This document shows positions 38,701 to 50,946 of a stretch of DNA of 64,000 nt, piece after piece. Each line of letters opens with the position of its first letter. Position 1 is the stretch's first letter. Made by a program: the position numbers and the translations under genes. Source of the stretch: Moniliella sp. 'wahieum' (Eukaryota); the NCBI GenBank assembly GCA_003971905.1, contig RSEE01000040.1, positions 248,001 to 312,000 of the forward strand, given 5' to 3'. The notes beneath the pieces were generated by a model that searched no databases, was not told the origin of the DNA, and saw only the letters and a program-made list of their open reading frames with translations.

Positions 38701-39765
38701 GACTCGGGATCCCTCAGCGCCGCCGCCCTTTTCCTAGCGTACTCACGTTGTGTAAGCGAGTGGGTTGCGTTTCCCAAGTGTGGAGGAGTGGAACAAGGGG
38801 ATGGATGGAGTCCTGTGCTTGCGGGACCAGCTTTTTCCACCTCGAAGCGCGTACCGCGGTCCAAATGGAAAGCCAATGCGTGGCCTCAAGGCACGCAGCA
38901 GTGTCCAAGAAGGACATTTGAAACGCCGTCGCAAGATTGGCGTCCGCATCGACCATCTGATTCGAGCCTACAAGTTCAAACTGACCCCGTCCGAGATTGT
39001 AGGCAGGGTCGAGATCGCCTTCCAGATGCTGAGCACCAACCGGGGCGGATGGACAAAAATCAGCGACAAACTGCACCTGGTTGACGACGCGGATCTCATC
39101 TTACCCCAAGCGGCTTGGACCGCGTCGAAGATTGAGCATGTCAGAACTGTGGCCGAACTGCGAAAAAGAGCACCCCCACCACCTGCTCACACCCCGGCCT
39201 TGACCCCTCCCAGGCCTGCTGCGCATGGCCCCGGCCCCGGCGCCCTCTTGCCCTTCCCGCCCGCCAACGGAGACGTATGGCACTTTCCTTTTCCGGGCGT
39301 CCCCTTTCCTCCCAACCCTGCTCCTACCTTGACCTACCCATCCCGGTCCCTGCCGCATCTCCTGCACCTACCGCACCTCCTGCGCCTACCGCACCTCCTG
39401 CACCTACCACCCCTCTCCCTGCCACCCCTCTCCCTAACACCCACCCTGCTCCGACCGGCCACCCTGCTCCTACCACCCTCCCTGCTCCTACCACTCTCCC
39501 TCCTCCTACCACTTTCCCTCCTCCTACTACCCTCCCTGCCCATCCGCCCCCCCCTGCTCCTACCGCCCAACCTGCTCCCCACCACCCACCCAGCTCCTAC
39601 CACCCAACCTGCTCCTACCACTCTCCTGCTCCTACCGCACCTCCTGCACCTACCGCCCACCCTCTCCCTACCACCCATCTCCCTGCTACCCCTCTCCCTG
39701 CTACCCTCCCTGCTCCTACCGCCACCCTGATCCTACCACACCTGGCCCTGCAGGCTCCTCCCTGA
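35735..39765 (+). mobile_element. Crypton-type (CryptonF-like) tyrosine-recombinase/NDC10_II + GCR1_C gene; a transposon copy or a domesticated derivative
   Basis: DGYS..EL; RDHAMACLSHYCLLRGE (catalytic Arg); MRHKDANLC; AGINSGRKTDIFR..AVRIADMLGVPEDSIRRAGNWN; YFLPRAQLDPP..LLNQIFP; LLRMFRRIILQDS; GCR1_C-like VSQVW-EEWNKGMDG...RRRKI; contains spliceosomal introns. Confidence 0.85.
39340..39730 (+). repeat. Degenerate ~18-nt minisatellite (CCTGCTCCTACCACCCTC-like; PAPTTL units) at the 3' end of the Crypton-type gene
   Basis: Repeated CCTGC(A/T)CCTACC units; translation PAPTAPPAPTAPPAPTTPLP...PAPTTLPAPTTLP. Confidence 0.85.
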
Positions 39766-41020
39766 TTGCGTATGATGGTACACTTTCCTGGCGTTTGAGC
39801 GCACCCCTAGTACATGACCACTGGTCTGTCCTTCCAAAAAGTATCTGCGCGATAATTTCTTCTTGTTGTACTGCTTTTTGCTTAATTGATCTTGTTTTGA
39901 GCAAAGCCGCCGGGTGGACAAAAAGCACAAGCAATACGCCCACAATAAAGCTTGCGCTTCCCTGGGCAGCATAGAAAGCATGTGGGCTATACATTGTCTT
40001 GGGAATGATTGCCGTGTGACATGTGAAGGGCTTGTGCGAAAGGCCATCTGCAGCAAGTAGTAGGTCGGGAGCGTTGAGTGCATGGAACGTTGAGCATGCT
40101 CCGACTGAGTCTGAGTACAGACTGAGTAATGCCCAGCGCCCAGAGTTGCTCTCGCGTGCGACCGAGACTGCCTACTAAGTACAATAGCTGCAACCGACGC
40201 GGCGCAAAGACAGTCGGAAGGAGTTGCTAGTTTGCGGTACGCCGTACGCAGCACGTCCGCCTACCACACACTGCCGCCGGCGCAGTGAGGGTGGGTGGAC
40301 CCGTGTGGGGGTTGCAAACGTCGCAAAGGCACGGTGATAAGATAAGTCGGCCGTTCCCAGCTGGCGTTGGGCGCATTTGTGTTGTCGTGGCGATGCGACC
40401 TGAGACATAACATCTGAGAAATGGGAAATCTACCAGACAGCTGGCGGGGCCTGTATGATCGAGGATCGCATGCATGTGTGTGATGTGGTTTTCAGCGGGC
40501 GCAGCACTCGCCGTTTGCCGGCCTCCGTGCGCATGGGGCCTGGCGAGGCGCCCTGGGACGCGCACTCGGGCGCACTCCGGGCCGAGTCGGGCGGCCGCCG
40601 ACGCAGCGCCCGAGTGGAGGGCCACTGGCCCACAGCCCAGCGCCCAGCCTCCACGGTGCATAACGCATGATGCATGCATGATGCACGCTGCATCGAGTAT
40701 CACACAGACAGGCACAAGGGCGCACAGGGCGACACCAACCGACACCGGCAGGCACAGGGCGGCACAAGCGAGCACAAGCCCGGCCCCGCCGAGAGCATCA
40801 CAGTCGCATGGCGTCAGTGTCTCTTTCTCCGCCCGCCACCGCCCGGCACGGGGGCAGCCGGGCGGCGGCGCCACGCACTGCACGAGCCTGCACGCTGCTC
40901 CCGCCCGAGCCCGCCTGCCGGCCCGCCTGCCTCCGTCTGCTCCCGCCGCCGGCAATGGGCGAGTGCCGCGGACTTGTCCCCCACGCCCACCACCCCCACC
41001 ACTGCCACCGCCAGCTTGCC

Positions 41021-44000
41021 ATGGACGCCGGCCCGCAGGCCCCATCTGTCCCGTCTGCTCCGTCTCCTGCGGCATCTCCACCTGCCGCGCCCCCTCCTCC
41101 CACAGCCCCCACCGCCGCCACCGCCACCGCCACTGCCCCCCGCCCCTCTCGCTCTCGCTCCCGCCTGTCGCCCGTGTCCAAGCGTCAGCTCTCCGAGCGC
41201 GCCATGCACCACGCCGCCGCCCTTCGCGCCGCCCATGCGACTTCGTCCGCACCCTCCGTCCTGCCACTGCCTCCTCGCCTGCCTCACCCTCCGCCACCGA
41301 CCGGCAGGCGGAGGACGACGTGTTTGGCACCATGTCCTTCTCCGATCTGCTCGACACGGATGTTGGCTTGGGCCGCCACCCGAGCAGGACGAGTCGCGCA
41401 GTCCCCTCGCCGCCGAGCACACCCATCCCGAAGCCTCCGCGGCAGCTCCGACCTCAGGCACCCTCGCCTCCGCCCTTTCCCCGCCTGGATGCCAGGCCAG
41501 CACAGCTTCCATCCCTCGTCTTCCCATGCGACTCCCGTGACGCCCCTTCATGCGCCGGGCCCAGTACCCATGGATGCAAACCTGAACCAGCCCTCTGTAC
41601 CAATGCAACAGCCAGGCCAGGGGTTTCCTTTTCCCCAATCGTTGCCCAACTTGGCCAGCAACAGTGTCTTGAATCCCTTTGCTGCTTTGCTCAATGGTCT
41701 CAACCCTGCCTCACAGCCACCAGTAGCGCCACCTGCGCCCGCGACGGCTCCCGGGTTCAACCCATTCCTTGGCTTGCTGCCCGGCATGCTTCCCAACCAG
41801 GCTCCCCTCAACCCGGCCATGCAGCAGCACCAGTATATGGCCGCCATGGTAGCACTCTTGGCCAGCCGCGCTCAGCAAGCTCAGCTGGCGCAGCAGGCTC
41901 AGCAGCAGCAGGCCCAGTTCCCCGCATCTTCTTTCTCCATGCCAAGCTCAGCTGCAGCGCCCGCCACCGCACTTCCACAGGGCAACCCCCTGAGTAATCT
42001 GCTGTTACCCGAGTGGCTTGGCCGGGCCAATGGCCAACCGCCGCTGGGTGCCAGTGGGACCAAGCCCGAGGAGCAGGACCCCGATCTGTACACCTGGCTC
42101 ACTTCTCTTGCCAAGCTGGCCGGAGCGACCCGTACAACAGGAGAGCCTGACTGGTACGCTTTTCGCAGCATCCTTGAGCAAGGCGAGACGGCCGACTTGG
42201 TCGCCACTGCAGGCTTGACGTCCCCGATGGGGCGGGAAACGTAGCGCTTCCCCAGGCAATCTACCGAATGATCCAGGCCAAGGCTTTGGAGGCAGACAAC
42301 AACATGCGGATCGAGGTGTACCGAATTCTCTCCCACCCCCCATTTTACTCTATTACCGAGGGACGGAAGCGCTGACGAATTTGCTGTTGCAATCGGGTTG
42401 CGTGCTGCGTTCATGTAGAATTTAACGTGGCGGTTGATGAACCTTAACTTGCGTAAACGTGATACGCCGCAGACATCCCTCTTTGGTATGGAAGGCTTCC
42501 CTTCAACTTGCCTGGTGCCACCCCCATGTCCGCGCCATCCACGTCACACATGACTCCCTTTACGCCTGCGGCGCGTGCTTCCAACTCGTCGCGTTCTCCC
42601 TCGCGCGGACGCAGCCGTCGCTCGTCACGCGGCGTTACTCCCGATGCACTCGCGGCCTCTTCGCTCATGACGCCGGTACAGCCCGCCCAACCGGCCATCC
42701 TGCTCCGCCCTCTTCGCATGACGAGACAAGCAAGCCAGCAAGCCCAGCACCCCCTTCTCTCGGTCCACATTCCACCAACGCACAGGAGACGCTCCATCCC
42801 CTGGCCCATCTCCCTTGGGCTTCACATCCGCCATCCGCTCCCGCTCCCGCTCGATCGCCTCCCTCTCCACCCGGTGGGCTGGCGCGGCTGACGGATTGCA
42901 CGCTCTCGTTCCCGTCGCCGTTTAGATAGTGGTGACAAGGATCCAACCCAGCTCCTTGATCTTGATAAAGACCACGACGACGAAACTGACGACCCAACAC
43001 GGTACCTCCAAATGATGAGTGCCTCACTCCCTGCGGCCACTGCACTGGCCTTTGGCCAATCCCTGGCTTTGATGAAGGGTTCAAGGCCCCGATCCCGGTT
43101 TGGCAATGAGGATGGAGATGACGATTCCTCCGACGGTGAGCGGGAGCGCCGAAAACGACAAGAGCGCATCCGAGCTGAATTCCGTCGAGCGGTGGTCAAG
43201 GATGCCTTGGAGGTCAACCGTACTGGTCTCTTGTCTCCCACAGCTGGAGATCGACCCCAGCGGACCCAGGCAACTTCTCCAATGTCCCCGACTACGCCCA
43301 CAGCGGGTCAGAGCCATCTCGATGGAGATGGGGCCTGGGAACGTGCTGTTGACCTGCCGACGAGTCTCCTAAACTTGGACGAGAATGGGCACTCCTCCGC
43401 AACAGTGATGGGGATGATGGATCTCAGTATGTTTGAAAACCTGGCTCCTTTGCTTCCTTCCACCCTCCCGAGGCATCCACGGCCTCTCGAGAGGCGCTTG
43501 CATACGGTGCGCCCCCGCGTCTCTTAGCGAGTGTGCCCGGTGCCAACCCGGACGACTTTGCCGAGGCACCAATCAACCATGACCCAGACTGGGACTCCCT
43601 CGTCTGGTACGCAAGACGAGTTTCGATCACAGCCTCTACTCTGCTACGTCTCCCGTGCAACCCTCTCTGCCCCCCATACCCTATCAGGCCAAGCCAGCCC
43701 AGTAGCCTCGCCTGTTATTGGGACAGGCCACCACACACGCGCCCAAAGTTACGCGTTGGGCAAACACGGCCCGCTTTCTGGCCTCCCCGTGCCTTCCTCT
43801 GAACCCCACGCACAAGCGACGAGGAAGCGCTCCCGAGGGGCCATGGATATGGACTTGGATGAGGACATGGGCTCGTCGGCGGTGCGAATTAACAAGGCTG
43901 CCAGGCCACTGCGTCATCTCCCGACCACTGTCGACCAACGTATTGCCGCCGGTCTCAATCGATTTGGCCGACCCATTCCCACACGCCTGCCGGTCAGCCG

Positions 44001-44938
44001 ATTGCGATGCCCAGCTCGACCCAGTCGGGTCCTCTTCCCTCTATGCCCCTCTCTGCCTCGTCCACGGGTGGGTTTAGCACAGGTTCCACAGTGGCAGTAC
44101 GGGCGAGCCCAAGCGGCAGTGGGGCGAGTGATGCCCACACGGCTGCACCACCCTACGGCCTTTTCTGGCCCAGGAGGGTCGGGTTCGCTCCTGTCGCTCT
44201 GGCCATCCGATCCTTTAGGACAGGGGACGAGCGCCGTACCGGATTTGACAGGTTTGAGGAGTATGGTGATGCAAGCCAATCCATCTGCAACGCTTCTTTC
44301 CCTCCTCTCGTCCGAGCCGGCCCGGCAGAGACCACGCCATCGCATTCGCACCCTGCGTCGTCGGATATGGCGACTGTCGACCCTTCACTGCTAAACCACC
44401 CGCGCGCCAAGGACACTACTCCGACGCTGGGGCGTGGAAACGGGGGACGAAGCTTGTTTGCCGAACCCAAGGAGATGGGCTCGCGCCATGGCAGTCCGGG
44501 GCTCGGGGCGACGCACCCGTTGGGAAGAGACAAGGAGTCAGCGGCCTACTCGGCGGCACGGGGGTTGTCCCAGCCCGGCACGCCCAATACGGGAGTTACC
44601 ACGCCGTCGCCCGCGCCAGCTCCGGTAGCGGCGGTGCCCAAGCACCGTCGCGCCCCTCCAGCTCCAAGCCGCTTGCCGAGCGCAAGGGCAAAGCAGTGGG
44701 CGAGGAAGCAACGGACCAAATGACCTGCACCAACTGTCATACGACCAAAACGCCCTTGTGGCGGCGCGATCCCGAGGGCCATCCGCTGTGCAATGCATGC
44801 GGACTGTTCTACAAGTTGCATGGCGTGGTTCGCCCGCTGTCACTCAAATCGGACGTGATCCGCAACGCAACCGTACCTCCACTGTCGACAAAGGTCGACG
44901 GAAACAATCGGTTGCGGCTTCCACCTCCTCCCGTCTGA
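41021..44938 (+). CDS. GATA zinc-finger transcription factor, AreA/Nit-2/Gat1-type finger; internal structure and ends approximate
   Basis: [45 protein letters not shown] near the C-terminus; long low-complexity N-terminal ORF fragments on the same strand. Confidence 0.8.
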
Positions 44939-45851
44939 GAAGAAGTAACCTTGACTGCGCTCGATGGCTCGGCTCCTGTTCACGTTGTGCCTTTTTACTG
45001 TCATTTTCTCGCTTCCCGCGCTCATGTACCATTGATAAATCCTGTTCTCGTTCCCCGCCGGTTCTCTTTTCCCAGTTGCTCTTGCTCCACTTCCATCCAA
45101 GTATCGCATGCACACACACTTCGGTCGCAGTGGGAGGGAGAGAGGTGGATGGTGATAGTGAAGGCCCGGTAAACCCGGTTCCAAATGGGGCCCGTGGGAT
45201 GACGTTGTCGAGTTGGGATGCATTCTCATGGATCGGGTGCATGCATTGAATCGAGGATGAGAGACGTGACCTTTGGGTTGGAAACAGACGGCTGGTAGGA
45301 TTTGCGCGACAGAGATATATTACGCGCCAGCCAACAAGACAAATGGAGGGCCATGATCGAGGAGGCGGATAACAAGCTGGGGCGAATTGACCGGATGCGT
45401 TGCGCGGACGGCGGAGGGATCTGGCGGGGGGATGACATGCTGTGGACGATGATGAAACGCAAGGGTAAATGAGCTACTAGGATTCTGGGTTACAAGACAA
45501 TATACAACAGCGCGTAGGGACAAATCCAAAAGACGCCGTATACATCGGTCCAGTCAGGAGACGGAGATGGGGGAAAGGGTGCAGATGGATTGCATACATC
45601 TATGGACGCACAGGAGGTATATGTACCTCCTCAGGAAGGGGGCACAGTCGAGAGGTGGACACAGGATCTCCCAACTGATAAGAATCACGCCATAGTGCCC
45701 ATACGGGCCTAGTGGGCCAAGGGCCCCCTAGCACGGCGTGAGTCTGACAGGTCCCATCAACTCTGCGCCCTCAATTCAAGCCTGTGGAGAGAGGGAGAGA
45801 GCAGCGCGCCAAGTACCGCTCCGGCGCAGGAGGACGCGCACAAAAAGGGGG

Positions 45852-46263
45852 TTACGACTTGTCGGCATCCAAGTCCTGCTCGGACTCGGTCTGATCACGA
45901 CCCACCTCTGCATTGCGAATAAAGGCTTCCTCTTGGGCCAGCTCCTCTGGTGACAGTTGGTCTCAGCTTGGTCTCCACGCAGATCGGCCTCCGACTCGGT
46001 TGGTTCCTGGGGATTGGGATCATCGGCTTGAGCATGCGTTTGCAGAGTCGACATCTGCCCGGTATATATGCATCAGCAAAGTTGCCATATGCAATTAACC
46101 ATCGCAACGCGGGGAGGACCTTGAGCTGTTCGAGTGGACGTACTGGGACCGCTCGAAGCGGGGAAAGCATGGTGGGGGCAAGCATCGCAGGCCGGACCAC
46201 GGCGCGCAAGCCACCGTGCACGGCGAGGCGAGCGAACATGGGGGTGCGGATGGAGGAGAGCAT
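45852..46263 (-). CDS. Small hypothetical protein, probably mitochondrial (one intron)
   Basis: Arg-rich, acid-free presequence MLSSIRTPMFARLAVHGGLRAVVRP; GTACGT...CAG intron; acidic repeats EPTESEADLRGDQ / DQTESEQDLDADKS*. Confidence 0.6.
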
Positions 46264-46480
46264 GGATCACGGGGCGGGAAATGGGGTGGTAGTTCGAAGA
46301 GGCTAAACGATGGGTTGGGGAGGGCCCCACCCTTGCGATATATATATACGTTCTCCTTGGCTAATGGTGGCGAATGTTGAGCGTACTCCGGCCGAGACCG
46401 GCGTTTTCCGTCTCTGTTGGTCCGTGCATCGGCCGGTCGCAAAGGGTCAGTGTCTGTATAACAGTTCCTGGAAGTTCCTA

Positions 46481-46524
46481 GCTTGATGCTTGAAGCTTGA
46501 TGCACTTGATGCTTGATGCTTGGA
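46481..46524. repeat. Heptamer array GCTTGA(T/A) x~6
   Basis: GCTTGAT GCTTGAA GCTTGAT GCACTTGAT GCTTGAT GCTTGGA. Confidence 0.85.
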
Positions 46525-48917
46525 GCTTTTTAATTTAACACCAGAGTATACGAACTGAGGCAACTGTCGATACTCGGTACCCGGCCTCGGCTAACCGATG
46601 ACCTTCCGCGCCCAGCATGTGGCAAAAGTATATGTCCGGGTCATCCCTATGTGTTAGGCTAACGCGGGGGCCTGTGTGGGATGTCGATGAACGCAGTATG
46701 TCTCAGCCATTTATCTCTCCTGGCCTGACCTTTTTTCCCGCTTCCTTTTGTCACATGACGGGCGACTGTCGCCTATGTTCGCCACTGCATATGCTGCCGG
46801 TCACCGTCTTTTCGACATATATTTGTCAGACCGGGTAGAAGGCAGTGGAAGGGTCAAAGACCGCCACATTTTGATAGTACTTCATAGCCGGGTCAGAAGA
46901 TATGCGTATAATAATTCCCTTCATTCCAAGGATATGATGTTTGAACTATCCCTCACCATGCTCCATTCAAAGTACTCGAGACTCACATATATGATCCGAG
47001 CTCATTTTTGTTCATGTCAGAACCATCTTGCCTTCCCACCCTATAAGAATGTGTTGGCGAACACGATGGGAGGAGTGGTGTTCTGTGAGATGTATAAAAA
47101 AAACGTCTACCGTTATAGCATACTGCAGGATGTTCCTGCATCCTTCCCACACCTCGTCAATGCAGACGTGAACCCTCAGTTCACAAAACATGTGCAACAC
47201 ATCTCATGCGACTTATTCGCTGCATCAAAAGAGATTTGGACGGGTTTGAGGTTTGGCTCCATCGGTATGACACCGTTCGGACCAACAAGAGCGGTAAGTT
47301 AATGGGTTTCGCTGGCCAGAATGTTACGCTGTGTTAATGGTATCATTATGGGACATTCTGCTTCGTCCGAAAGGGGAGAGGTGTGATATGCGAGTGACGG
47401 AAGAAAAAGGGAGAGGAAAAGGCGCATAGTAGTATTATATAGAAACAAACTCGATGAGAAACATGCCATATACCTCTACACCCCCAATGTTCTCTCCTTC
47501 GTAATGGTTCACAGTGGGGGGGAAAGGAGGGGATGTCCCGGGGGGAGAGAGGTGTACGCGAGCAATGATATCGAGAGGTTACTGTTGGGTTCCCATCACA
47601 GGATGGACTATAGTAGTGATGAGGCCGGTAAAAGTATTGCGTGGATTGTGGTTGACGAGCTCGATTCCAATGACTACCGCCATCAATCTAGATTGCAGAA
47701 CATACGCTGGCTATCAGCATGGCTGGCGGCCCTGCATTGAACAGCACCAGTCTGTTCCAACTCAACAAAAACTAATACACGATCCTCCTTAGCTTCTGTG
47801 TTCAGTCCGTCCATAGATGTATATCCAATGAAACCGCCTCCCATTCCTCCGTATGACTACGGTTCCTGGTGGCGCACTGGTTTTGGAATGGTCGCAAGAA
47901 CGGTATTCATGAATGTACATGGTTGAATGTACATGGTGTACTTGGGATTGTTGCTCTGGCCTCTACAAAGAGTGGCACATATCCAACATCTAGACCGCTC
48001 TTGAAAGAAAATCATAAAGGAAGAGAGGAGGGAGGTGATGAGACCTGGAGTCCGGATGGTCCTCGAGGGTGATGCAATCGCACTGATGGTGGTGGTGATG
48101 GTCTAAGCCAACCAGCAACGCCTACTGAGGAACATCAAACAGCGAGTCGCCACCAGGGGCTAAGCTGCGGAACAAGGAAAAACAGGAGAGTAAAACAACG
48201 GAACTCCTAGGCCTGAGGAGGAACTGAAGGGACATTGGCCAAAGCACGAGCCACCCGGTGGCTCAACAGGAGGGCCAGTCGGGAGATCCAAGTGGGCCCG
48301 ACAGAGGGAAACGGGTTGGCTTTCCACTAAATCGGGCGAAAAGTCAGGGATGAGAGATAGGAGGGCCTGATGAAGGAAGAAAGGAAATGGGTGGTGACGG
48401 CCATCTTTGCTCACTCTCGGTCGGGAGAAAAGACTTGTATTTATACCTCCGGAACGAGAGGCTGATGATAGATCTCTCGGGGGGCGTGTGTGGTAGTGAT
48501 TCTATCTGAAGCGGCTTATACGACACTTACAGAAGTACTGCAACCGCCAGCAACCCGGACCAACAGGCGCTACCGGGTCAGGCGTGGCTGCGCAGCACTC
48601 TATGCCTGAAAGGGGGGGGGGGGTTGGCGGACGCGTCGCTTGGCATGCGGGAAGTAGAGTGTCCAGAAGGAAGTTAAATGACTGCCCCTCAATACACAGC
48701 CACAGTGCCTCAGTCTCACCAGCGGCTTCTCCGCTGCGGCTGTAGGGTTACCGGTTACCGGTTACGCGTTACGGCTGGGGATTGCACCGAAACAGGGTTA
48801 CGCCAGATGCTTCTGCTTAGCTCAGCAGCGGCACCCCCGGCGGAGCATCGCGTCGCGCCCCGCGTAACCAAACCACACCACCGCCCTCGCGCACGCTCCA
48901 CCACCCTGCTTCTTCCC

Positions 48918-50946
48918 ATGCCCACTCCCGTCGACGACGCGCGCGACGCACATGTGTCTGCCCTCTTTGGCGCCCAGGAAGCTGCTCGTATTAAGAACGC
49001 GCGCATCCTTGTCGTGGGTGCCGGCGGGATTGGATGCGAGCTGCTGAAGAACTTGGCCATGGTGGGTATGGGCGTGATTGACATTGTACGTTGTTCTCTT
49101 TGGTGCACATTTCTACTTCGTGCGTCCCGTGTCGGTTACTGACGTGAACCCCCTTGAACAGATTGACTTGGACACAATCGACCTCTCGAACCTCAACCGC
49201 CAGTTTCTTTTCCAGAAGCAACACATTGGCCAACCCAAAGCTCTTGTTGCCAAAGAGACCGTGTTGCAGTTCAATCCTGCCATGTCCATTACGGCGCATC
49301 ATGACACGATTTTTGGCCCCCAGTATGGGTACGAGTGGATCGCTCAGTTTGATCTGGTCCTCAATGCACTGGACAACCTCGAGGCGCGTAGGTGGGTGAA
49401 TCGGCTGTGCGTCGCGACCCGCACCCCGCTCCTCGAGTCGGGCACCACTGGCTTCTGGGGCCAGGTCCAACCCATCCTGCCCTATCAGACTGAATGTTAT
49501 GACTGCACGCCCAAGCCTACGCCCAAGTCCTATCCCGTCTGCACCATCCGCTCCACCCCCAGCCAGCCAATTCACACCATCGTCTGGGCTAAGAGCTGGT
49601 TGCTTCCGTACGTACTCCCCCCTCCCCCGTTGTATTTGCACTGGGGACCAAGCTAACGCTCAGTTCACCTATTCCCAGTCAGCTGTTGGAGCAGACGATG
49701 AGACCGAAGCACAGGAGCTGAAAAGGCTTTGGCTAATGGGGAGAATGCAGCGGAGATTAGCAAGTTGCAAGCCGAAAGTGGCGAGATGCTTGCGGTGCGC
49801 GAAAAGTTGACGGAACCTGGGGCAGCGGAGCGAGTGCTGACCAAGCTCTATGTGACGGACGTGGAGCGTCTATTAGCTCGGACGACCATGTGGGCGGGGC
49901 GTACAAAGCCCACTCCACTGAGCTGGTCTGCTACCCCATCGACGCCTTCCACCCCGACACAGGGGCTGAAAGATCACCAGACGCTCAGTTTGGACCAGAC
50001 GGTGAAGTATTCCAGTCTTCGTACGTTGTCATCGATGATGTTTGAGCAGGAACTTGTTGTGCGTGCAGGCGCATGAGCTAACCTTCATTTGTCCCTCTTA
50101 CCACTAGCCTTGCTCGCTTGACTGCCCGGAAGCAAGCCGACCCGGAGCCAATTACGTTTGACAAGGACGATGATGACGTGATGGACTTTGTGTTTGCGGC
50201 GGCCAACCTACGTGGATGGGTGTATGGGATTCAACGTAAGACGCGCTTCGAGACCAAGGAGATGGCCGGCAACATTATCCCTGCCATTGCTTCGACCAAC
50301 GCGGTGGTGGCGGCGCAGCTGGTTATGCAGGCCATGCTGTGCTCAAGGGTGAGCAAGGGCGGTACGTGCACCTGACGCGGATGGGCAATCGGCTTCTGAG
50401 TGGCGCGAAGCCCGCGAAGCCCAACCCCCATTGTCCTACGTGCGGAGAAAATTATGCGCTGCTCAAGGTGCAATCCCTGGATGTTACGTTGGGGCAGGTG
50501 TTGACGGTGGCCCTGGGTCCCCAAGCGGAAGGCGGGCTGGGGATCGAGCGCAACGAGGAGGAAGAATGGGAGGTGGCGGTACAATGGCACGCGTCTTTTG
50601 CTGGATGTGGATATGGACGACAACTTGCCTCGAAGCTTGACCTCTCTCCAAGTGCCGGCCAACTCGCTGCTGACAATCACAGACGAGCGGGATGAGCCGT
50701 TGGCGGCGACCCACCTGTTGTAGCCGTGGACGCGACGCTGACCGTGCCTGTGCAGCTCCTCCACCTTGATGTGGCTGGACTCAAGAAGAAGCCCGCTCCT
50801 CCCGCCCAGGAGGAAAGAGCGGCGACTCGGGGATTGAGTCGGCAGGAGAGGAGGGGGACGTGGTGGTGGTGTTGCCGGAAGAGCCGCGGAAACGCAAGGC
50901 CTCCCCTAACCACGAGGGCGAGACGAAGAAGCCCCGCACTGCCTAA
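48918..50946 (+). CDS. UBA2: SUMO-activating enzyme E1 subunit Uba2/SAE2 (3 introns)
   Basis: [45 protein letters not shown], catalytic [40 protein letters not shown]. Confidence 0.95.

Noticed and set aside
45594..47822. 15-bp perfect inverted repeat ATACATCTATGGACG (45594-45608 / 47808-47822) as transposon TIRs
   Set aside because: It encloses an apparent host gene, no target-site duplication or transposase is seen, and a 15-mer match can arise by chance in a window this size
48365..48412. CTGATGA...GAAA hammerhead-ribozyme-like core
   Set aside because: Stems I and II cannot be formed
48460..48512. TGATGA...CTGA box C/D snoRNA-like segment
   Set aside because: Short, imperfect C box and no rRNA complementarity I could identify; needs snoscan/Rfam
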